From assembly GCA_963788655.1 (NCBI GenBank), contig CAWBHS010000012.1, forward strand, positions 1 to 63,346: a DNA stretch of 63,346 nucleotides, given 5' to 3'. Under the pieces are notes generated by a model. The model was not told the origin of the DNA. It ran no database searches and saw only the letters and a program-made list of their open reading frames with translations. This DNA is from an uncultured Verrucomicrobiae bacterium (GTDB lineage Bacteria > Verrucomicrobiota > Verrucomicrobiia > Limisphaerales > JAFGQR01). This document shows, piece by piece, positions 53,174-61,507 of this stretch; the stretch's first letter is position 1, and every line of letters starts with the position of its first letter. The position numbers were made by a program, and so were the translations under genes.

Positions 53174-54856
53174 CTATTCGACCTGATCCAATTCGGCATT
53201 GACCAGATACTCCGCCACACTCAACAGATACCGCTCGTAGTCCGCGTTGTGTACGCCGAAGCTAGCGTCGTGCTCCACCAAATAAAGGTTAAAACGCGCT
53301 TGTTTGATGTTGTCAGGAATCAACGCCTGCTCACTGGAAGACGGTCCCTTTAGATCGGGATTTCCGGTGGGATTCGAAAGTTGGCCTTCGTTGGTGTATT
53401 CCCAGGCCAGAGTTCCGTATTGGGTCAGTCCGGCAGGTGCTTTCATGGTGGCCCACGTATCGAGCAGATCCTTCACCTGCGCGATGCGATTGGTGATCTC
53501 CGTTTGGACATGCGCGATGAACAACTCTGCTTCACTTTCGGAATGGCATGGCGCGCACGAGTCCAGCCGCGGCCTAAAACCATGTCCGGTATAGACCGGT
53601 TCTTCGTCACTGGGTTCTTCCGGTTCTTCCGGGTGCATGTGGCAATGCGCGCACTGCTCATCCACCTGACGATGGTAGGACTGCGGCGGTGGCAGCGGCC
53701 CCAATTCATAACCGCCGTCTCCGATCAAGATATTATACTGCGGCGAATGGTGCGGTGGCCGGCTGGTATCGTCCCATTTGGCGCCCCGCTGATTATGGCA
53801 CTGGCCGCATACATTGATGTTGGGATTGTACTGCGCGGCAAAATCGACGCTGGTCTGGTAGGAGAAGAATTCCAAGGACTCCTCGGGATTGCGCAGTTGG
53901 AGGTCGTTCCCGGTCGGGGTGTGGGGATTATGGCAGACCACGCACGTCACGGCCGTGACGGCCGCTTCTTCCGCAGTGGGCAACAAGCCATCCAGCGGAA
54001 GGTTCTCCTTATAACTCTTGAGCATGGCCAGCCGCACCGCGCCGGAGTGGCAAGCACCACAGGATTTCATGCGCGACGCATTCGATCCTTCGTTGATCGC
54101 ATCCTCGACCACTGCCCCGTGGGGCGACGTGGACCAATCATCGTAGGTCGGATGGTGAAAACCGTTGTGGCACCCGCCGCACAATTCCGCTGCTTCCCAG
54201 ACAATCGGCGGCTTGGTAAAGAACGGACTCCGCGCATGGTCACCCGCCGGACCGTGACAATTTTCGCACTGCACTCCCGCCAAATTGGCATTGGCCGTCT
54301 CATTCGTGAAGCCCGTGGGCAATCCATATCCCACCGTGTGGCACTGCAAGCACTCGCTGTTGTGGTCCTGGTGAATCCGTTTCAGCGTCTCCAGCGCCGT
54401 GGCGTGGTGGGTGTTGACCCACCCGGCGGTTTCCGGATTGAAATTGGTGTGGCAGGTCAGACACACGCCGGCGCCGGCAAACAGCGGAGCCGGAGTAGTG
54501 ACGCGGAAATATTGGTTGTCGCTGGTCGCGGGCAAGGTGAAGTTGGTGCCGTAAGTCTGGGTCACCATGGACCAACTTTGCGTTCCCAACGTTGGTGTTT
54601 GTTGCAGCGTGAACGGCCCGCCAAACGGATCCCACCATTGAACCGTGACTTGCTGGTTGCTGCGGACCACCGAGGTGATGTATGGAAGCGGCAGAATCCC
54701 CCCTTCGTGCAACACGGGTTGGTCAAAAGTCTCAGCCACCACGCGTGGCGCCGGGCCCATTAAACTCCAGGCCACAGCCAACGCCATCATCGTTAATGAC
54801 GACATGTAAGTCATCTTTCTCGCGAGGGTTTTTGATAAGTGCATTTGCGGCTTCAT
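53174..54856 (-). CDS. nonaheme cytochrome c (c554-like N-part, c552/OmcB-like C-part), probably outermost component
   Basis: CLTCH, CLQCH, CENCH, CGGCH, CGACH, CVVCH, CGQCH, CAHCH, CAPCH; C-terminal FNLYLVEHDASFGVHN. Confidence 0.75.
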   Translation of the reverse strand: MKPQMHLSKTLARKMTYMSSLTMMALAVAWSLMGPAPRVVAETFDQPVLHEGGILPLPYITSVVRSNQQVTVQWWDPFGGPFTLQQTPTLGTQSWSMVTQTYGTNFTLPATSDNQYFRVTTPAPLFAGAGVCLTCHTNFNPETAGWVNTHHATALETLKRIHQDHNSECLQCHTVGYGLPTGFTNETANANLAGVQCENCHGPAGDHARSPFFTKPPIVWEAAELCGGCHNGFHHPTYDDWSTSPHGAVVEDAINEGSNASRMKSCGACHSGAVRLAMLKSYKENLPLDGLLPTAEEAAVTAVTCVVCHNPHTPTGNDLQLRNPEESLEFFSYQTSVDFAAQYNPNINVCGQCHNQRGAKWDDTSRPPHHSPQYNILIGDGGYELGPLPPPQSYHRQVDEQCAHCHMHPEEPEEPSDEEPVYTGHGFRPRLDSCAPCHSESEAELFIAHVQTEITNRIAQVKDLLDTWATMKAPAGLTQYGTLAWEYTNEGQLSNPTGNPDLKGPSSSEQALIPDNIKQARFNLYLVEHDASFGVHNADYERYLLSVAEYLVNAELDQVE

Positions 54857-55134
54857 AGATAATTGCGAGCTTGCGTTAGATTTATCGTTGACCAGCGATC
54901 CCCATAGCACGCCCGCTCCTGCAACAGGAGGGCAATTCTTGAATTGTATCGCTGTTATTCATGACCAACGGGAGGTGAGAGTAGTTGCGGCCAAAAACGG
55001 CGTAAACACCGATCTTGCCTTTACCTTTGCATATTTTGCCTTGAGCAAATCGCCAACCAGCCGGGCTCGAAACAGAGGTTCCCGACGACGGCCCCAGCCC
55101 GCAACCTGTCTGGAAGTCCCTTCCCGTTGAAACG

Positions 55135-55701
55135 TCATGAGAGGTTGGAGTGATTGCGGGAATTTCCCGGTCGGCGACAGCAGTGCCGCGCAAGTTTGGT
55201 GGAGGCCGGCTTCAGGGTTTGCCCGGCTCGCGAGCGGACGAGCGTCTGACTGCCGGAGGAGGTCTGCGGTGCCCGACCTACCTTGCGTTTGAGTTCGATC
55301 ATGCACTGCACCACACTGGCCAGACTGGTGTTGCGCAAGGCGTCTTGGATCTGCCCCCGAATCTTCTTCCAGATCTTTTGCGTGGGGCAAACACAGTACG
55401 CCGTGTAGTCGTCCATTCCCAACAGGCACTCCCCGATCCAGGCTTTGCCTTCAATCGCTTCCACCACGTCCAGCAGGGAGATTTCCGTGGAAGGCCGGGT
55501 AAGAAAGATGCCGCCGCGATAGCCTCGTTTGGTGGTGACCAGGCCTTTACGGGACAATTGGTTGATGATCTTGGCCAAATACGGTTTGGGAATGGCAGTA
55601 CACTCGGCAATGTCACGAATCAGGCGGGGATGACACGTCGGGTCTTCCAAGCAGCACAACGCGTGTACCGCGTAACCCGTGGTTTGTGAAAGGCCCATCA
55701 T
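55135..55701 (-). CDS. Rrf2 family transcriptional regulator
   Basis: YAVHAL, IPKPYLAKI, TKRGYRGG, ISLLDVVEAIEG, CLLG...CVCP. Confidence 0.9.
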   Translation of the reverse strand: MMGLSQTTGYAVHALCCLEDPTCHPRLIRDIAECTAIPKPYLAKIINQLSRKGLVTTKRGYRGGIFLTRPSTEISLLDVVEAIEGKAWIGECLLGMDDYTAYCVCPTQKIWKKIRGQIQDALRNTSLASVVQCMIELKRKVGRAPQTSSGSQTLVRSRAGQTLKPASTKLARHCCRRPGNSRNHSNLS

Positions 55702-55748
55702 AATTCGTTTTTGGCAGAATCCTAACTGATATAGAAATTGTCAATTAT

Positions 55749-55772
55749 AAAGATGACCCAAAGATCATCTTT
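55749..55772. promoter_or_regulatory. candidate Rrf2 operator
   Basis: AAAGATGA-N8-TCATCTTT perfect inverted repeat next to a minus-strand TTGACA upstream of rrf2. Confidence 0.5.
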
Positions 55773-55923
55773 TTAACCAGAGGAATGTTTTGTATGTTGA
55801 TTCCTTAATGCGCCATGCGCCGACAATGGGCGCGCCTCATTGGTGAACAGGGGGCTTCCGGCCGAACTGAACGCCCCCCTACGGCAGGAAACCCGCTGGT
55901 GAACCGATCGGCTCGACCGGCCT

Positions 55924-57075
55924 CTACAGCAGAGCCACGGCTCGCTCCAACTCGCTGTCGGTGTTGTAAAAATGGGGGGAATAGCGAAGATACCGCTGCC
56001 CGGCGCGGTCGGAACGCAACGAAACAACAATGCCAGCTTTTTCCAGTTTCTGGTGCAATGCTGGCAGGTCGGCGTCCAGTCGATAACACGTTACGATGCC
56101 GCTGGCATGTTCCGGCGGGGCTTCGGCTTGCAGCACCTGATACCCTTTGGCCTGCAAGGCTGGCACCAGCCAATTACGTTTGCGCAACAGTTCTCCAGAA
56201 ATCTCTTCCACCCCCAGTTCCATGATCAGTTCCAGCGCCGCATGGATGCCCACCAAGCCCAACAGATTGTCGGATCCTGCTTCGTATCGACGCGAATCCG
56301 GTGGATAAACCAATTCCTCCTGGGAGATGAAGTCCGGACACCGCACATTGTGCCAGCCGTAAATGGGTGGCCGCAACTTGTCCTGCCAGGCTTTCCGCAC
56401 ATATAAAATGCCGGCGGCACAAGGTCCGAGCATCCACTTGTGGGCGTCGGCAGCCAGGAAATCAATGTGTTCGACCGTGGTCGGAAACGCTCCCACCGTT
56501 TGAATGGCATCCACGCAAAACGCAATGCCGCGCGAGTGGAGAAACCGGCCAATGCCATCCAAGTCGATCCGCCAACCGCCTACAAAGTGGCAGGAGGCCA
56601 GGGCCACCAGGCGGGTTTGCTCATCAACTTGACCTTGCACGTCCACCAAACGAATCCGCCCCAGTTCGCGTACGTTCAGGAACCGGACCTCGACGCCCCG
56701 GTCCACCAAGGCCATCCAGGGATAGACGTTCGAAGGATAATCGTCGTGGTAGATCACGACGTTGTCGCCTTTGCCGCAGGGAAAGCCGCTGGCAATGAAA
56801 CTCAATCCGAGCGAAGTCGGTCCCACGAAAGCGATCTCTTCCGGTTGCGCCTTCAGCAAGCGGGCTGCCATTTCGCGCGTCTGCTTAACCCGCAGACCGG
56901 GTCCAATGGTTTCCTGGTCGCCTAGGGTTGACTGAGCGGCGTAATCTCTAATGGCTTCCGCCACCCGGCGCGGCAAGGGGCATACTCCGGCATGCGCCAG
57001 GAAAGCCTTCGCGCGCGCCACGGGAAATTCGTGGCACCGCAGTTCTTCGTTCGCGTGGAGTTCAGTCAGCGTCAT
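55924..57075 (-). CDS. class V PLP-dependent aminotransferase-fold enzyme
   Basis: YPSNVYPW, VDAIQTVG, ADAHKWMLGP, RYSPHFYN. Confidence 0.85.
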   Translation of the reverse strand: MTLTELHANEELRCHEFPVARAKAFLAHAGVCPLPRRVAEAIRDYAAQSTLGDQETIGPGLRVKQTREMAARLLKAQPEEIAFVGPTSLGLSFIASGFPCGKGDNVVIYHDDYPSNVYPWMALVDRGVEVRFLNVRELGRIRLVDVQGQVDEQTRLVALASCHFVGGWRIDLDGIGRFLHSRGIAFCVDAIQTVGAFPTTVEHIDFLAADAHKWMLGPCAAGILYVRKAWQDKLRPPIYGWHNVRCPDFISQEELVYPPDSRRYEAGSDNLLGLVGIHAALELIMELGVEEISGELLRKRNWLVPALQAKGYQVLQAEAPPEHASGIVTCYRLDADLPALHQKLEKAGIVVSLRSDRAGQRYLRYSPHFYNTDSELERAVALL

Positions 57076-57136
57076 GCCGGAACGTTAGTGGCAAAGCCTT
57101 GGCCGGCACAATTGAAAAGCAGCACTGGCAAACCAC

Positions 57137-58411
57137 CTATTCCCCCGGTACCAGATCGCCGATCAGCATGAGCGCCCCGGCGTACCACGCACGGCCATCA
57201 AATCGCTTCGGATCGTCCATTTTCTCATTTCGCCGGCTCAGGATTTTTACCTTGTCAGGTTGCTCGGGATGAATCTCGATCCGGACCGAATGGACCGTGT
57301 CCTGCAGCCCTGTCCCCACCCACAACTGGGCCAGCCGATGGTAAGTGCAATACGCGTCAAACCGCGGCACTGTCACCGGCGGACGATCGTCCAGGTGGAC
57401 AATGACCTGCCCGCAATCCGGGCCCAACAAATCGTAAATGCCCGCCATGGTGCCGCGAAACTTGAACTCAATGCTTTCGCCCGGTGTTTGGGCGGTCCAC
57501 ATCTCCGGCAACCGATTGGCAAAGCGCCGCGCCAAACCATCTTTCGCGGGATCCATCTTTCGCCAACCTTGGCTCAGCTTGGCCCGATTCAGGGGCACTA
57601 GTTTGGCCGCCTCCCAATTGTCAGCCACAAACGGAGTTCCCAGCGGGTGCGAGCCGGTTTGCCCGACGCCACGGATTTCCGTCATGCTGCGCACAATCGC
57701 TTCGAGGTACAGTTGATGTCCGGTATCGGGATACGGATGCACGCCATCCGGTGAAAATGGTATCTTGTCACCTACGGCTGCTTTTTGGGCGTCGGTCTTC
57801 GGCTTGCTGCCTTTGAAGATCAGCTTGGCCGCCTTTTCCAAACGAGCCACCTCCAATCCCAAGTTGATCGAAGGGATGTGGTAATGCTCGGCGATCTTTT
57901 CCATGGCTTGATAAGAACGCGGCAGCGCACCTTCCTGCAAGGTCTGGAGCATGTTGCCTGCTACGGTGTAAACAAAACAAATATCTGTTTGTGGATCGTG
58001 GCGCCAAGTTTGCCGCACGATCCCTTCCATGCTGCGATAAATCCGCTCGGGCGACGCGCCCCCGTCGTTTACGGCAAACTCCACAAACATCAAATCCGGC
58101 TCATGGTCCAACACGTCTTGCCGCAATCGAAACACACCCAGGTCCGAACCCGTCCCGCCAATCGCCGCATTGATCTCACTCACCCGTGCATCAGGATATT
58201 GTTCCTGAAACCATTTGAGCGTTTTGGGACGCCAACCCGCTTGCGCCGTGATGCTACCGCCCAGATACGCGATCCGGACCGTGTCCCCGTCCTTCAATTT
58301 AGCCAACACGTTGGGCAAACCGCCGCGCGGGTTGCACTCGGTCAAATTCGATTCCGCCGCCACGGCGCCCAGGGCTATGGCCAAAATAATATGGAAACAA
58401 TTAATTTTCAT
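57137..58411 (-). CDS. SGNH/GDSL hydrolase (secreted esterase)
   Basis: YLGGSIT, AIGGTGS, EFAVND, DGVHP. Confidence 0.85.
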   Translation of the reverse strand: MKINCFHIILAIALGAVAAESNLTECNPRGGLPNVLAKLKDGDTVRIAYLGGSITAQAGWRPKTLKWFQEQYPDARVSEINAAIGGTGSDLGVFRLRQDVLDHEPDLMFVEFAVNDGGASPERIYRSMEGIVRQTWRHDPQTDICFVYTVAGNMLQTLQEGALPRSYQAMEKIAEHYHIPSINLGLEVARLEKAAKLIFKGSKPKTDAQKAAVGDKIPFSPDGVHPYPDTGHQLYLEAIVRSMTEIRGVGQTGSHPLGTPFVADNWEAAKLVPLNRAKLSQGWRKMDPAKDGLARRFANRLPEMWTAQTPGESIEFKFRGTMAGIYDLLGPDCGQVIVHLDDRPPVTVPRFDAYCTYHRLAQLWVGTGLQDTVHSVRIEIHPEQPDKVKILSRRNEKMDDPKRFDGRAWYAGALMLIGDLVPGE

Positions 58412-58630
58412 TGCTGATGCGAAGGAGACTACCTGCCGCGGCTCAGAAAACCAAGAAATGCTCACCTCCGAGACACTCCACGCTCAGTCTGCGCTCCGAT
58501 CACTTCTGTTTTTTGCGCCAAATTCCTGTCAAAAAGATGGCGCGATATCCTTCACATAAATGGATTACAGAGGCTGATCCGGTTTCGTCGGAGCAGCGAA
58601 CCTTGAAAGAATCGCCTCAGCCTCAAAACG

Positions 58631-58963
58631 CTGGAGACCGGGCCGATCACGCGATTTGCCGGGGCGGGTAATTACGTTTCCTATTGTCGGGGGGTGCGCG
58701 CCGAGAAACTTTCCAACGAGCGCAAGAAAGGCCAGAACAACCGCAAATGTGGGAACAAGTATCTGGCCTGGGCCTGGATGGAAGCTGCGCATTTTGCGAT
58801 CCGCTACAGCCCGCAAATCAAAGCCTGGTATCAACGCAAACTCAAACGCTGCGGCGGCCAGACGGCGATCGCCCTAAAAGCGGTCGCGGCCAAACTGGCC
58901 AACGCGGCGTATTACCTACTCAAGAATCAAGCAGATTTTAAGATTCAACAAGTCTTTGGCTAA
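58631..58963 (+). pseudogene. IS110-family transposase, C-terminal (Tnp_20) remnant
   Basis: LETGPITRF..AGNYVSYCR...SNERKKGQNNRKCGNKYLAWAWMEAA...KAVAAKLANAAYYLL. Confidence 0.85.
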
Positions 58964-58967
58964 GCTT

Positions 58968-59287
58968 TCGGTGGGGGCGGCAAACCAGGTGAAGGGGTTG
59001 GTGTGAAACCACCAGGACTGATTGGAGCGCCGCCACCGGATCCATTTAACCGCTCGGGCGAGCTGGCAGTAAACGCTGTTTTGTCCGGCCCAAGAGTCAG
59101 CGTGGGTTGAACGCGGGCGGACGGGAAACCGCCCCGGCCGCGAGTCATGGGACTGTGCGCTCCTTATTGTACCTGGGTTGGTACGAATGATTTTCTGGCT
59201 CGGCGCGCGCGGAGTGGGGCCGGTTCGAAACGCAGGCCGCCAGGCCTGCCGGACCGGACTAGAACCAGATGGATGACCGGACAAAAC
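58968..59287 (+). ncRNA. candidate IS110 bridge/seek RNA
   Basis: stem 58968-58981/59029-59040 encloses guide-hairpin-guide; second stem GTTTTGTCCGG (59078-59088)/CCGGACAAAAC (59277-59287); guides match the element's right junction. Confidence 0.6.
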
Positions 59288-59429
59288 GGATGGCGCCCCG
59301 CAGGCGGGACGTTAAACGTTGGAACCTGGCGAGGGAAGTTGTCGGTGCAACGGCGGACCTGGCGGCACGGACGAGCATCGGTGCGTCGTGTCAAAAAACA
59401 GTTTTTTGGCAACCGAATAATTTTGTCTC

Positions 59430-59460
59430 TTGACACGAACCTTTAATGGATGACCCGTTT
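59430..59460 (+). mobile_element. predicted IS110 right end and junction with target
   Basis: outward TTGACA (59430-59435), then ...TTTAATGGA-TGA-CCCGTTT. Confidence 0.55.
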
Positions 59461-59466
59461 ACGTTT

Positions 59467-59592
59467 ATGGTGGCGCGCCTGCGAGCCGAAACGACCATGA
59501 CCTGGCGTTGGATTGCCGAGCAATTGGCGATGGGCCACTGGCGGACGGCGGCGAATGCGGTGCGGGCGGTGGGATTGAACCGGCGAAAATGA
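59467..59592 (+). pseudogene. C-terminal fragment of a REP-associated tyrosine transposase-like protein
   Basis: ARLRAETTMTWRWIAEQLAMGHW resembles the HTH tail of Verrucomicrobia RAYT-like proteins; followed by CTGACCCTTT at ~59624. Confidence 0.5.
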
Positions 59593-59636
59593 CTATGGCG
59601 TCCACATACTCCATTAGACATCTCTGACCCTTTGAC

Positions 59637-59835
59637 AGTCGGGTCCGCAATTCCAAAGCGGCCTTCGCCTTGAGCCTCTTCCGTCGGGTGGTCGTCAGTT
59701 TCGCTCAGGTGTGGGTGGACCGATGCCGGCAGATCAATCCATGCAGCCGCGTCACCACCCGTAAGTTTTAAAAACGCTTCGGACGCCGCGACGGCGGCCC
59801 TGAGCGCTTGCACGCACTAATTTCCGCAAAATTTC
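59637..59835 (+). pseudogene. possible ISAs1-like transposase C-terminal fragment
   Basis: SRVRNSKAAFALSLFRRVVVSFA... with an internal TAA; resemblance only. Confidence 0.3.
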
Positions 59836-59938
59836 CGGAGTCCTGGAGCTTACCGAGTCGAAAAGGTGCGTCCTACGGCCCAGTAGATTTAGAAATTTAC
59901 ATCTTGACTATTCGTTTTCTTTCTGGCAGAAGCGAGAC

Positions 59939-60316
59939 GTGAGCAATGCTGAGACGGCGCTGAAACCGAGCAGAACACTCAAAAGAGTGAATTGTTGCAT
60001 CGGCTCGCTATACCTTGAAACGCTGGACAGTTCGGGCGAAGCAGAAACTGCAAACCGGCTTCTTTGGATAAACTCGCTGATTTCTGAAGAAACTCTTGAC
60101 GTTAGCGGCGTCGGGGGCGAGCCAGGCACCGAGGGCATGACCGCACTGTCGAGTGATTGGCCTGAACTTGGCTACGCCACCGAAACCTCGTCGGGCCAGT
60201 ATCAATTTATCGATCCGGACGCGGCAAGCCTTACGCAGCGTTTTTATGTCGTTCGAGCAAGCAGTGGGGCTGTTCCCACGACTTTGCATTCAAAATCAGT
60301 TCAGCCCAAGGATTAA
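59939..60316 (+). pseudogene. gene remnant ending in the RFY C-terminal domain
   Basis: WPELGYATETSSGQYQFIDPDAASLTQRFYVVR; no credible N-terminus. Confidence 0.4.
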
Positions 60317-60402
60317 CAAAACATGACTTTCCAGATATTGAAAACCTCAACCAACAGAATGGCTAGCGCCCCCATCCTGAATGTTCAAAAGGAGAAAGCA
60401 GA

Positions 60403-61473
60403 ATGAAAAAGTATCAAAACCAGACAATGGCACCTGTGGTCCATATTGGAGGGCTTATCCTATCGGTTGCTCTCGCTGGCTGCGATCAGGCGAAAACCGA
60501 CTCCGCCTCCCAACCGGAGGTGACGGGCAGGGCAACCGGTCATCAATCGAGTTCCGGAGCTCAGCCGTCTCCAGGATCATCAGAAAACCGAGTATCCGAT
60601 CCCGTGACTCTGGCCAAGGGATACGATAAGGTCCATCCTTGCGACGCATGCGCGGCGCATCCGAAGGATCCGGATCGGATGGCGCCTGGGGTGGAAATGG
60701 ACAAGATCGTTCCGCGGTTGGCATTGATAAATTGTCAACAGGCAACAAAAGAACATCCTAATACAGCGCGATTTCATTACCAACTCGGACGCGCGTATGC
60801 CGCGTCAGGCCGTCCCCAGGAAGCCTTCCAGTGCTACCTAAAAGCCAATGCAATGGGTTACCGGATGGCCGCCTTCAACCTGGGTTGGGCGTACGCCGAA
60901 GGCGAAGGCGTCACGGTGGATGCGGAAAAGGCCGAGAAATTCTTCCGCCGCGCCAGCCAATCCGGTGTTGACGCCAGCGAAGAGTTGGCGCGGTACGTCT
61001 TCACCTCCAAGGGGTATTCGAATCCCAAATTTTTTCAGGCGGCTTATGACGGCAAGTTGCAGGAGGCAAATCCAGGCGCATTGGCAGCATACTTAGTGCA
61101 GTTTCTGAGTATGTTTCGCAACACCGACGGCTGCCAAAACGTAGTGTCCACCTATGCCTACGCGAAGATCGCCGAACACGGCCAGATGAATATGCTTGGT
61201 CAGATGCTGGGCGGTTTAGCCAGTTCCAGAAATCGGCATACCCCCGGCGATTTTGCGGGCGCTGCCAAAGCAGGCTATGCAGCAGGCCGGCAGTTCCAAC
61301 TGAATCTGGCGATGAACGTGGACAAAGCGCGGACGGATGCGCAGTTGTTTTACGACCGGCACGGTTGCAGTTCTCCTGTAGCCAAGCGTTTCTTCAAAGC
61401 CATCCAGGATTACTGCGCCGCTTTGGGAAGCGCCTCATTTCAGAAAGAAGTGGAGCGAAACTTCAGACGCTGA
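60403..61473 (+). CDS. Sel1/TPR repeat lipoprotein
   Basis: lipobox LAGC; ARFHYQLGRAY, AAFNLGWAYAEGEGV..DAEKA. Confidence 0.75.
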   Translation: MKKYQNQTMAPVVHIGGLILSVALAGCDQAKTDSASQPEVTGRATGHQSSSGAQPSPGSSENRVSDPVTLAKGYDKVHPCDACAAHPKDPDRMAPGVEMDKIVPRLALINCQQATKEHPNTARFHYQLGRAYAASGRPQEAFQCYLKANAMGYRMAAFNLGWAYAEGEGVTVDAEKAEKFFRRASQSGVDASEELARYVFTSKGYSNPKFFQAAYDGKLQEANPGALAAYLVQFLSMFRNTDGCQNVVSTYAYAKIAEHGQMNMLGQMLGGLASSRNRHTPGDFAGAAKAGYAAGRQFQLNLAMNVDKARTDAQLFYDRHGCSSPVAKRFFKAIQDYCAALGSASFQKEVERNFRR

Positions 61474-61507
61474 GGACTGCCTCGACGAAACTAACCAAGC
61501 TAATATT

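Noticed and set aside
55924..57075. IscS/SufS cysteine desulfurase next to Rrf2 (iscRS-like)
   Set aside because: It lacks the catalytic Cys loop (SSGSAC or RxGHHC) and lies upstream of rrf2.
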